Below, one piece after another: positions 49,051-58,081 of a stretch of 64,000 nucleotides of DNA. Under the pieces are notes generated by a model, which did not search any database, was not told the origin of the DNA, and worked only from the letters and a program-made list of their open reading frames with translations. The DNA comes from an uncultured Pelagibacteraceae bacterium (GTDB lineage: Bacteria > Pseudomonadota > Alphaproteobacteria > Pelagibacterales > Pelagibacteraceae): assembly GCA_902555435.1 (NCBI GenBank), contig CACDRL010000001.1:3758-67757 (forward strand), read 5' to 3'. Each line of letters starts with the position of its first letter. The first letter of the stretch is position 1. A program made the translations under genes and the position numbers.

Positions 49051-49248
49051 TTACTTTTCTTTTTTAATTTGTTCTTCACAAAATTTTCTTGCTTCATTCA
49101 AATCAGTAATTTTGGTCTCAGATAATTTTTGACTTCCTGCAATACAAGCATCTACTGCTCTCTTAAAGTTGTGATCTTTAAAATTTAATACAAAGTACAT
49201 TCCAAAAATAATAAATAAAATAATGAGTATATTTTTTTTATTCTTCAT
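49051..49248 (-). CDS. Small hypothetical membrane-anchored protein with two Cys
   Basis: 65 aa, one N-terminal hydrophobic helix; tight operon packing. Confidence 0.65.
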   Translation of the reverse strand: MKNKKNILIILFIIFGMYFVLNFKDHNFKRAVDACIAGSQKLSETKITDLNEARKFCEEQIKKEK

Positions 49249-49250
49249 TA

Positions 49251-50030
49251 TTACTTATGTTTCCAATTTGGTTTTCTTTTTTCTAAAAAAGCTGAAATAC
49301 CCTCTTTTGCATCCATAGCCATCATATTAATAGTCATCATTTTGCTAGTATACGCATAAGCTTTTCTTAAAGGCATTTCTAATTGTTTATAAAAAGCTTG
49401 CTTACCAATTTTAATGGTTAAGTTTGATTTAGATGCAATTTTTTTTGCTACCTTTAAAACTTCATCATTTAATTTTGATTTAGAAAAATGATCATTTATT
49501 AAACCAATTTCTTTTGCATAATTTGCTTTAATAGGTTCTCCTGTTAACAGCATGTGCATCATTGGTTTACGGTTAATTTTTCTACTAACCGCTACCATTG
49601 GAGTGCTGCAAAACAATCCAATATTTACACCTGGTGTCGCAAATAAAGAGTCTTTAGTGCTATATGCTAGATCACAACTTGCAACTAATTGGCAGCCTGC
49701 TGCAAAAGCTGCACCATGAACTTTTGCGATAACTGGTTTTTTTCCCTCAACAATTTGCAACATAACTTGTGAGCAAAGATTAAATAACTTTTGATATTTG
49801 TCTTTTTTTTTAAGACTTTTAACTTCTTTTAGATTGTGACCAGCACTAAATCCTTTTCCAGCACCCTCTATAATTATTACTTTTACTTTTTTATCAGTAT
49901 CTAATTTTTTTAATGATTTTAATAAATCGGAAAGATTTTTAAATGAAAGAGAATTGTATGTTTTTGGTTCATCAATTATAATTGACGAAATCTGAGAATT
50001 AATTCTCTTTATTTTAATATTACTAGTCAT
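49251..50030 (-). CDS. Enoyl-CoA hydratase/isomerase (ECHDC3-like)
   Basis: FSAGHNLKE, AAGCQLVASCD, FATPGVNIGLFCSTP. Confidence 0.92.
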   Translation of the reverse strand: MTSNIKIKRINSQISSIIIDEPKTYNSLSFKNLSDLLKSLKKLDTDKKVKVIIIEGAGKGFSAGHNLKEVKSLKKKDKYQKLFNLCSQVMLQIVEGKKPVIAKVHGAAFAAGCQLVASCDLAYSTKDSLFATPGVNIGLFCSTPMVAVSRKINRKPMMHMLLTGEPIKANYAKEIGLINDHFSKSKLNDEVLKVAKKIASKSNLTIKIGKQAFYKQLEMPLRKAYAYTSKMMTINMMAMDAKEGISAFLEKRKPNWKHK

Positions 50031-50882
50031 TTAATCAGTTAGTCCGTCGGATCTAGCCTGATTTCTTTCTATATGAATTGGTAAAACTTTACCATAAATT
50101 GCTTTTGAGTGTTCTGGGGTATTTACTCTGTAAGGATCTAATACATAAGCTGGAATACACATATATCTTGATTTTTGACCTTCTACTTTTGTTACTCTAT
50201 GCAATGTAAATCTTCCTTTAAAAATTTGAAGATCTCCAGGTTCTAATTTGAGCCGTCTTACTCTTGATCTGTCTCCCTCTAAAACTTTTTTAACCTCATC
50301 AAAATTTTCATTTCCTGGTGCTCTTATATTTGGGCAATATTCAAAAATGCCTCCTTTTTCTGGTTTCTGTATCATCAAGCTTAGAGTGAATTCACAACTA
50401 TCAAAATGCCAAGGTAAAATACCATCAGGCTCCATAACATTGTAAGCATGACAAGCTAAAGGGTCTGCCCATCTATAAATAGGAGAAATTCCTAAACATG
50501 CAGAAACAAATTTTAAAAGTTCTTCAGTTTCATAGAGATATTTCATTTCTGAATTTTTTGGAAAGCAATCTGAATTTAAATATCCATTATACCTTTCCAT
50601 AAAGTTTCTCTTTGGATGTTTTTCAGGTAAACTTGGGTCATCTTTAGCATAAAGATATGCATTGATGCTTTCTTTAGACATATAAACTTCATCAAGTTGT
50701 TTTTCTAATTCTGAATTCATTACCTCTAAAGATTTTGGTAAAATAAAATTTGGAATAGTTGAACAACTATATAGGTCTAATTCTTCCTTACATTTTTTTA
50801 CTAAATTTTTAATGATTGGAGAATTTAAATCGTGAATAGGATATCTTTTTAAATCGACAATAGTGTTTAATCTATCGTTCAT
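50031..50882 (-). CDS. Fe(II)/2OG dioxygenase of the BesD/HalD-like family, hydroxylase-type (HxD)
   Basis: PWHFD, GG.FEYCP.IR, PGDL..F.GR.TLHRVT, distal Arg. Confidence 0.75.
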   Translation of the reverse strand: MNDRLNTIVDLKRYPIHDLNSPIIKNLVKKCKEELDLYSCSTIPNFILPKSLEVMNSELEKQLDEVYMSKESINAYLYAKDDPSLPEKHPKRNFMERYNGYLNSDCFPKNSEMKYLYETEELLKFVSACLGISPIYRWADPLACHAYNVMEPDGILPWHFDSCEFTLSLMIQKPEKGGIFEYCPNIRAPGNENFDEVKKVLEGDRSRVRRLKLEPGDLQIFKGRFTLHRVTKVEGQKSRYMCIPAYVLDPYRVNTPEHSKAIYGKVLPIHIERNQARSDGLTD

Positions 50883-50888
50883 TAAAGG

Positions 50889-51263
50889 TTATTTTAGTTT
50901 ACCCTCTTCTCTCATTTGAGCTCTAATTTTGGTAGCTGAAATTTTTTGAGTTTCTTCGTCTAAAACTATTTCCTCAATTTTGTATCCAACACCTCTTCCG
51001 TAACAAATATTTGTAATATTAGGTACCAACATAATTTTAAATTGACCTTCAAATTCAGGATTTAATCTTTCTTCAATATTTTTTTTTACAGTTTCAAAAT
51101 CAAATGGATTGTCATCAACACCTTGTACATCTCTTATTTGGATACAAACTTGTCCTGTTTTTTTAATTATCTCTTTAAACAAAGTATAATGTCCATCGTG
51201 AAAAGGTTGCCATCTTCCTAGCATTTGAGCTGTTGGTTTTTTGTTATCCCATTGATATGTCAT
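50889..51263 (-). CDS. HIGH-superfamily nucleotidyltransferase (cytidyltransferase/NMNAT-like), single domain
   Basis: GRWQPFHDGH (HxGH) and ISATKIR motifs. Confidence 0.8.
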   Translation of the reverse strand: MTYQWDNKKPTAQMLGRWQPFHDGHYTLFKEIIKKTGQVCIQIRDVQGVDDNPFDFETVKKNIEERLNPEFEGQFKIMLVPNITNICYGRGVGYKIEEIVLDEETQKISATKIRAQMREEGKLK

Positions 51264-51670
51264 TTTTTAATCTCCTCAATAATTAAAGGTGCCCATTTTT
51301 TAGCATCCTGCGTTGTTACATGATAGTTAAAGTTCTTTGGATTAACAAACATTTGATTAGTATCTTCAAATCTACCTTTCTTGATAGTATCTACCCAAAC
51401 TCTAAAATCAGCTGGAAATAAGCTTCTTGCCTCAGGTGTTGGGGCTACAAAGTCTGCAATTACATAATTACCTTCTGATTTTAATTTAAGAGCAAATTCA
51501 GCCATCCTTTTAGCCTGCCTTACTCTACCCTCTTCTGAAAAATCCCAATCATTTGCTGCTTTTCTAACTTCATCAGCATTCAATCTTTTAGCATTTAATA
51601 AAGGAGCCATTTCATCTGCTAAAGTTGTTTTACCTGCACCAGGTAATCCCATTACTAAAATTATTTTCAT
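51260..51670 (-). CDS. Short P-loop kinase, adenylyl-sulfate kinase (CysC)-like
   Basis: GLPGAGKTT, LNADEVR...DWDFS.EGR.RQA.RM, ADFVAP; only 136 aa. Confidence 0.75.
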   Translation of the reverse strand: MKIILVMGLPGAGKTTLADEMAPLLNAKRLNADEVRKAANDWDFSEEGRVRQAKRMAEFALKLKSEGNYVIADFVAPTPEARSLFPADFRVWVDTIKKGRFEDTNQMFVNPKNFNYHVTTQDAKKWAPLIIEEIKK

Positions 51671-52905
51671 TAAATGTCTTCTAACGGATGATGGGACATT
51701 AATTCAAGTCCATTTTCGCCAATTAGGTATTGTTGCTCAAGTTTAACACCTTCTTTACCACCAACTTTACCAATATAACTCTCAAGTGTAATTGTCATGT
51801 TCTTCTCAAAAGTTCCACCTTCTTCTCCACCGTCAGTTGGATATCTTATTTGAGGCCACTCATCACACAAACCAATTCCATGAACCATACATGAATACCT
51901 ATTTCCATAATACTCATCAGGCAAAACCCAAGATTTTTTTATAAATTCTTTAAAACTCATTCCTGGTTTTATTAATCTAAAATTATGATCAATTTGATTT
52001 CTGGCCATTGAATATAGTTTTTTTTGCTCATCATTAAATTTATGTCCAACTACAAAGGCTCTTGATATGTCAGCACAGTATCCATAGGGACCAACCATAT
52101 CTGTATCAAAAGCAACAATTTCTCCTTGTTGCATAACTTTATTACTACTCTCTTGCATCCATGGATTTGTTCTTTCACCAGACGATAAAATCCTACACTC
52201 AATCCACTCACCTCCATTTTCAATATTCGTTTTATGTAAAATTGACCACAATTCATCTTCAGTCATTCCTGGCTTAAGATCTGATCTCATTTTTGATACA
52301 CCTTTTTCTGCAACTTCTATTGCTGCTTTCATACAAGTCAATTCATCAGGTGATTTTATTACTCTTGCTTGTTCTAAAATCAATTTTGCATCTACAACTT
52401 CAATTCCTTCTTTATTTAAAGCTGTAACCGCAGGACCATTTAAAACATCGATTGCAATTTTTTTAGTTTTAAAATAATTTTTTGATAAATCTTTAACTTC
52501 ATTTATCCATTTTAATAATTGATTGTCTGCTTGGTCTCCATTACTAAAATAATCCCATGTAATTGCTGGTCTTATTTCGTCAATTAGATTTAAATGCTTC
52601 GATAATATTTCACAATTAAAATACTCATAAAGAATAGTTGGTCCATTGACTGGTACAAAACAATATCTTGTTAAATTATGCATATTATAGACACTCATGT
52701 TCACAGTATCTAAAGCATAACGAACATTCACTGGATCAAATAGAATACAAGCCTCTAAATTGTTTTTTACTAATTCTTTTCTAACCCTATCTAAACGATA
52801 TGATCTTAACTTATCGAAATCAATCTCGTCTTCTCTTAATCTTTTTTTAGTAATAAAATTTTGTCTTGGTTTTATCTCAGGAGCTATTTTTCTACTAAAC
52901 CTCAT
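51670..52905 (-). CDS. M24 metallopeptidase-fold protein, DddP (DMSP lyase)-like
   Basis: FDP.NVRYA, GGEWIE.R..SSG.RTNPW.QE, FDTD, ADISR, HGIGLCDEWP, E/E metal ligands. Confidence 0.8.
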   Translation of the reverse strand: MRFSRKIAPEIKPRQNFITKKRLREDEIDFDKLRSYRLDRVRKELVKNNLEACILFDPVNVRYALDTVNMSVYNMHNLTRYCFVPVNGPTILYEYFNCEILSKHLNLIDEIRPAITWDYFSNGDQADNQLLKWINEVKDLSKNYFKTKKIAIDVLNGPAVTALNKEGIEVVDAKLILEQARVIKSPDELTCMKAAIEVAEKGVSKMRSDLKPGMTEDELWSILHKTNIENGGEWIECRILSSGERTNPWMQESSNKVMQQGEIVAFDTDMVGPYGYCADISRAFVVGHKFNDEQKKLYSMARNQIDHNFRLIKPGMSFKEFIKKSWVLPDEYYGNRYSCMVHGIGLCDEWPQIRYPTDGGEEGGTFEKNMTITLESYIGKVGGKEGVKLEQQYLIGENGLELMSHHPLEDI

Positions 52906-53528
52906 AATACCCTATACAAACCTAACCATGCGTTAACATCTTTGCTTGCAATGTAGTCGGATTTAAAAAATTCTACTTCTTCCCACTTCTTGCTATCTTT
53001 CAGTATATCAATTTTTTTATCAAAACCATACTCTTCATGAATTCCTTCATTAATTGTGAAACAAATTAAACCACCTGGTTTTGTTATTCTTATAAATTCA
53101 TCTAATGCGTTTGGTTTTACATGCCCAAAAGTAAATGTTCCAACACACATAACTCCACCATAAAAGTTTTCCTCAACTTCTATTGGTTTATTTAAATCAA
53201 CCTTTACTAATTTTTGATAAAGATCTTTTGGTACAGTATCTAATAAAGTTTGAGATAAATCAGCTCCATGAAAATTTTTAAAACTATATTTTTTAAGCTC
53301 CATTCCAACTAAACCTGTTCCACATCCAGCATCAAAAATTAAAGTATCTTTATTTTTCTCATATTTGTTAAATATTTCAGCGGTTTCTTTGGGTCCAGTA
53401 TAGTTCCAATCAACCATGTCTTTATTATATTTATCTTTGTCTCCCCACTCATCGTAGTACTTCATAACTTCATCTGTGGTTTTAAGTTTATAAATTGGAA
53501 TTTTGTTTCCTACGTCTTTTTGAGCCAT
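52902..53528 (-). CDS. Class I SAM-dependent methyltransferase (METTL27-like)
   Basis: YD.W...Y..D, FDAGCGTGLVG, GADLS, VGTFT.GHV. Confidence 0.88.
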   Translation of the reverse strand: MAQKDVGNKIPIYKLKTTDEVMKYYDEWGDKDKYNKDMVDWNYTGPKETAEIFNKYEKNKDTLIFDAGCGTGLVGMELKKYSFKNFHGADLSQTLLDTVPKDLYQKLVKVDLNKPIEVEENFYGGVMCVGTFTFGHVKPNALDEFIRITKPGGLICFTINEGIHEEYGFDKKIDILKDSKKWEEVEFFKSDYIASKDVNAWLGLYRVL

Positions 53529-55933
53529 TAGCTTCTCATTTTTTGACCACTTGGATCGTAAAGTGGTTCTTTAATAATTGAACAATTAAATAAATCTCCA
53601 TTTATCTCTACTTGAATTTTATTTTCAGATTTAAAGTTTTTTTGATCAACAAAAGTAAACGCTACACTTTTGTTTACAAAATGAGCAAACCCACCTGAAG
53701 TTACATAGCCAATACTTTGATCTCCATTCAAGACGGCTTCATTATTTGTTACATCAATTTCATTTGTTTCAACAATTAATGGTACGAGTTTATTTGAAGA
53801 ATTTTCCTTTTGTGCACTTTCTTTACCAATAAACTCTTTATCCCAATTTATAAAAGCATCTAAGCCTGTCTCTTTTGCAGTAAAATCAGGTCTATAATCT
53901 AAAGTCCAAGCTCCCCAATTTTTCTCCAACCTCATTGACATTAATGCTCTTCCACCAAAAGGTTTAATATTAAATTCTTTTCCAGCTTCCATTAATTCTT
54001 CATAAAGTTTTAGTTGATAGTGAGGTGCTACATAAATTTCATAACCGAGTTCGCCAGTAAATGAAATTCTATTTATTATAGCTGGAACTCCACCAACAAA
54101 CATTCTTCTAGAATCTCTAAATTTAAATTTTTCATTTGAAACATCATCTCTTACAATTTTTTCCAAAACTTTCCTTGAATTTGGTCCTGCAATAGACAAA
54201 CCATGATACTCATCAGATCTATTAGAATAACTTAAATTAAATTTATCTAAATGACTCTCAAACCAACGTCTATGCATTTCTTGAGCAGCGCCAGAGCCAA
54301 ATACCATAAATTCATTTTCATCTAAACATGCCACAGTTAGATCACCACATAATTTTCCTCTGTATGATAACATTGGGGATAAAGATATTCTTCCTGGCTT
54401 TGGAAGTCTTCCAGCCATTATGTGATCTAAAAATTTTCTAGCATCAGGACCTTTGAATTCATGTTTTGAAAAGTTAGCAACCTCGATTAAACCAACATTT
54501 TCTCTTACATTAATAACTTCTTTTGAAACATAGTCGTGTGATCTCGATCTTTTAATAGTAGGCTCTTCGTGTGCATCTTCTTTATTGTTTGCAAACCACA
54601 AAACATTTTCCAATCCAAAACTATCTCCCATAACAGCACCTTGATTTACAAAACGATCATACAGCGAAGTAGTTTTTTGTTTTCTTCCCTTTGGTAAAGT
54701 TTCGTTTGGAAAAGTCATAATAAATCTTCGCTCATAATTTTCTGAGGATTTTATTGTTCCATATTGAGGTGATGCATAATCTCCAAATCTTGCAACATCC
54801 ATTGCCCAAACATCTATTGATGGTTCTCCGTCAATAATCCATTCTGCTATACACTTTCCAACACCACCCCCTTGGCAAAATCCAGCCATAACACCAACAG
54901 CAACCCAATAATTTTTCATTCCTGGTACTGGACCAATCAAAGGACTTCCGTCTGGACCAAAAGTAAAAGGTCCATTAACTATATTTTTTATACCTGCGCG
55001 CTCTAAAGCAGGCATTCTCTCAAACCCAATTGCTAATCGATCTTCAATATTATCTAATTTTGGCTCCAATAATTCATGACCGAAATTCATTGGTGTACCT
55101 TCAACTTTCCAAGGTGTTGATTTAGGTTCATATGTTCCAAGCAACATCCCTTTTCCTTCTTGTCTAAAGTAAATATTTCCCTCAAAATCAGTTCCTATTG
55201 GCAATCTTTGATCACCCATTGCTTCAATTTCAGGAATGGATTCAGTGATTAGATAATGGTGCTCCATTGGTTGTACAGGAAGATTTAATCCAGCTAATTG
55301 CCCAACTTCTCTTGCCCATAAACCACCAGCGTTAATTACTATTTCAGCATTAATATTTCCTTTTTCAGTAAAGACATCCCAAGTCCCGTCTTCTTTTTGT
55401 TTCGTGTCCTTAACCACTGTGTGTGTGTAATATTTTCCACCATGAACTTTTGCAGCTTTTGCAAAAGCGTAAGTAACTCCTGAAGGATCAACTTCACCAT
55501 CGATAGGATCCCATAAGGCCAACAAATATCTAGATGGATCAATTAGAGGATTTTTCTTTTTAACTTCCTCTAAAGAAATAAATTCTTGGTCAAGTCCCAT
55601 GTATCTTGCTTTTGATCTTTCTCTCTTTAAATAATCAGCCCACACTTCATTTGAAGCTAAATAAAAACCTCCACTAGGTTTAAAGCCTACAGAATGACCT
55701 GACTCTTTTTCAATCTCTTTATATAATCCTATTGTGTAAGCCATCATCCGAGAAATATTTGGGTCAGAAGAAATTACATGAACATTTCCCGCTGCGTGCC
55801 ATGACGATCCTGAGGTAAGTTCGTTTCTCTCAAGTAAAATGCAATCCTTTAATCCAAATTTAGATAAATGGTAAAGAATAGAACAACCCACCACACCACC
55901 ACCTATGATTACAACTTTAGCATTTTTCTCCAT
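53528..55933 (-). CDS. FAD/THF-dependent dimethylglycine/sarcosine dehydrogenase family protein (GcvT-fused), paralog 2
   Basis: GGGVVG, TSGSSWHAAG, GPFTF.PDG, R.EK.W. Confidence 0.92.
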   Translation of the reverse strand: MEKNAKVVIIGGGVVGCSILYHLSKFGLKDCILLERNELTSGSSWHAAGNVHVISSDPNISRMMAYTIGLYKEIEKESGHSVGFKPSGGFYLASNEVWADYLKRERSKARYMGLDQEFISLEEVKKKNPLIDPSRYLLALWDPIDGEVDPSGVTYAFAKAAKVHGGKYYTHTVVKDTKQKEDGTWDVFTEKGNINAEIVINAGGLWAREVGQLAGLNLPVQPMEHHYLITESIPEIEAMGDQRLPIGTDFEGNIYFRQEGKGMLLGTYEPKSTPWKVEGTPMNFGHELLEPKLDNIEDRLAIGFERMPALERAGIKNIVNGPFTFGPDGSPLIGPVPGMKNYWVAVGVMAGFCQGGGVGKCIAEWIIDGEPSIDVWAMDVARFGDYASPQYGTIKSSENYERRFIMTFPNETLPKGRKQKTTSLYDRFVNQGAVMGDSFGLENVLWFANNKEDAHEEPTIKRSRSHDYVSKEVINVRENVGLIEVANFSKHEFKGPDARKFLDHIMAGRLPKPGRISLSPMLSYRGKLCGDLTVACLDENEFMVFGSGAAQEMHRRWFESHLDKFNLSYSNRSDEYHGLSIAGPNSRKVLEKIVRDDVSNEKFKFRDSRRMFVGGVPAIINRISFTGELGYEIYVAPHYQLKLYEELMEAGKEFNIKPFGGRALMSMRLEKNWGAWTLDYRPDFTAKETGLDAFINWDKEFIGKESAQKENSSNKLVPLIVETNEIDVTNNEAVLNGDQSIGYVTSGGFAHFVNKSVAFTFVDQKNFKSENKIQVEINGDLFNCSIIKEPLYDPSGQKMRS

Positions 55934-55941
55934 AAATTTAT

Positions 55942-57021
55942 TTATAACCTTTCTTTTTCAAAATTTACAATATTGTCTTCAAAATAAATATTTTTTAATT
56001 TGGACAATCTCTTTTGAAGAATATTTATATTTTTTTTAGTAAATGAAACTTTTTTTTGCTCTATTTCAGAAACTTGTCCCACATAGTTAATTGCATTCCA
56101 GACAGAAAAAATATTATTTAGTGAGAATTCCTTCAAATTGATAGATAAATTATTAAAGGTATATTTTAGTTTTTCTAGTTTTATTTTAAATTTATCTTTT
56201 TCTATATTTTTTTTTATTTGAGATATTAATTTTTTAGGTTCTGAATTTTTATAAAAACCATTCCTTGGATAGTAATATTTAAGAAATGATCCTGTAAAAT
56301 CTTTTCCTGATGAGTATATAAGGAACATTTTTCCCTTAAAATTTAACAAAGATAAAAGAGGTTTAATAACATTTTTTACAGTCTGAGTTAAAGGAGACCG
56401 AAGCTTAAAACATTGAGATGCAATAATAAAATCATATTTTTTTGGAATTTCACTTATATTTCTAGGTATAAAGTCTTTTAATTTTTTTTTTTGATCTTTT
56501 CTGTAAATAGTCAAAAAAATTTTTGACTTGGGTTTAATTGAACCATTTTTGTTAAAAGATAATTTCCAATTTTTTCTAATATAAGGACTTAAACTCATTA
56601 AGATCTTAGTAAAATCAATACCTTTTTTTCCAACTAATTCTAATTTTTCAAATTTTACATTGTCAGATGTAGAGTTATTTATATCTTTATAGCTACAATT
56701 AGTAATATTAAAAATTAAAGTTTTATGTTCAGCAAATCTATCCCCTAAAAAACTTAGAAGCACATTAATATCATCGATACTTATTTCTTTACCTACAACA
56801 AATATAGGTTTATTTGGCAAATATTTATGCAGACCTGACAAAAAAGTAGATATAATTGTTCCCTCACCAGTACCCGCGTCTAAAACATTAAAAATTGGTG
56901 ACCGAGTACTGATTTTTTCTATTTTTTTAAATAAATAAAAAGCAATTTTTGATTTTTCATTAGTTGAGTTTACAAATGATAAATATTTGTCTCTAGAGTC
57001 AAAAAAAGTTTTTCTCTTCAT
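55942..57021 (-). CDS. Uncharacterised SAM-binding (methyltransferase-like) protein
   Basis: FFDSRDKYL.FV...NEK, VLDAGTGEG motif I, GKEIS.DD; Lys-rich. Confidence 0.6.
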   Translation of the reverse strand: MKRKTFFDSRDKYLSFVNSTNEKSKIAFYLFKKIEKISTRSPIFNVLDAGTGEGTIISTFLSGLHKYLPNKPIFVVGKEISIDDINVLLSFLGDRFAEHKTLIFNITNCSYKDINNSTSDNVKFEKLELVGKKGIDFTKILMSLSPYIRKNWKLSFNKNGSIKPKSKIFLTIYRKDQKKKLKDFIPRNISEIPKKYDFIIASQCFKLRSPLTQTVKNVIKPLLSLLNFKGKMFLIYSSGKDFTGSFLKYYYPRNGFYKNSEPKKLISQIKKNIEKDKFKIKLEKLKYTFNNLSINLKEFSLNNIFSVWNAINYVGQVSEIEQKKVSFTKKNINILQKRLSKLKNIYFEDNIVNFEKERL

Positions 57022-57029
57022 ATTTATTA

Positions 57030-58070
57030 TTAGTATTTGATCTCCTTATTTACTTTTTTAAGAGATTTATCTGTTCCATGATGAAAATGTTTACTCATGT
57101 CTGGCATATATTTCATTGAAATTGGTTTTTTGCCAATTGCAACTGACATTTCTCTGACATGATGAGCTTCTGCGCCACAACATATACCAATAAAATTTAT
57201 TTTATTTTGAACACACTCTTTTGCAAACTCTGCCATTTCAAATCTGTTACAGAACAAATTATCTAAAGCTACAGGGAATGCATTCCCCCCAGGAATACAA
57301 CTACAACCATGATCAGTTATATTTAGAAAACCAGGTTCTTTCTCTGTTGTTCTATAAGGTACTGGAAGTCCAGCAACGTGACATGAAACTTTTTCTCTAA
57401 CTTTTTTTAATAGTTTCATTGTCATTTCAGGTCCTCGATAACAATTTAAACCAACTACATCTGCACCTAAATCTTCCATCATTTTGCAAGCATCTTCGGC
57501 GGTATGACCTTCTCTAGTTTTGTCCCCTCTAGGAATTGCAAAATTACAAACTGCAATAAGTCCAGCATCTTTAATTGCTTTTAATGCTATTTTCATTTCT
57601 TCTGTCCAATTTATTGTTTCTGCTATTACAAAATCAACACCAGCCTCTTTTGCCCAAGCTACTTGTTCTTCATACATTTGTTGACATTGTTTGTGAGTAT
57701 TAGGATCCCCTGGATCAAATACATTTGTATTAGCCACGTCTCCGCAAACCATAAGATCTAAATCTTTAAACTCAGCAGCAGCATCTTTTGCAATTTTAAG
57801 AGCACCTTTTTGCATTGGTTCTAACAAATGTTCTTTACCAATTATTCTGAGCTTTTCTCTATGACCGTAATAAGTAAATGCTTGAACAACATCAGATCCC
57901 GCTCTAATAAATTCTCTATGTAACTGAGTTACTACTTCTGGATGTTCTAAAACTACTTCTGGAACAAATGGACCTGCTGATAAATATCCTCTTCTTTCCA
58001 TTGCAAAAAGATATCCTTCAGCACACATTATTGGGCCTTCATTTAATCTAGTAATAAGATCTTTTTTCAT
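57030..58070 (-). CDS. bhmT: Betaine-homocysteine S-methyltransferase family protein
   Basis: AEGYLFAMERRGY..AG, QAFTYYGHREKL, GLNCYRGP, GICCG Zn ligands. Confidence 0.88.
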   Translation of the reverse strand: MKKDLITRLNEGPIMCAEGYLFAMERRGYLSAGPFVPEVVLEHPEVVTQLHREFIRAGSDVVQAFTYYGHREKLRIIGKEHLLEPMQKGALKIAKDAAAEFKDLDLMVCGDVANTNVFDPGDPNTHKQCQQMYEEQVAWAKEAGVDFVIAETINWTEEMKIALKAIKDAGLIAVCNFAIPRGDKTREGHTAEDACKMMEDLGADVVGLNCYRGPEMTMKLLKKVREKVSCHVAGLPVPYRTTEKEPGFLNITDHGCSCIPGGNAFPVALDNLFCNRFEMAEFAKECVQNKINFIGICCGAEAHHVREMSVAIGKKPISMKYMPDMSKHFHHGTDKSLKKVNKEIKY

Positions 58071-58081
58071 AATTTATCCTT

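Noticed and set aside
50031-50882. Radical halogenase call
   Set aside because: HxD is retained; halogenases have Gly or Ala at this position
51260-51670. Evidence for assimilatory sulfate reduction (cysC)
   Set aside because: Shortened domain and no cysD/N/H/I/J in the window; treated as unknown function
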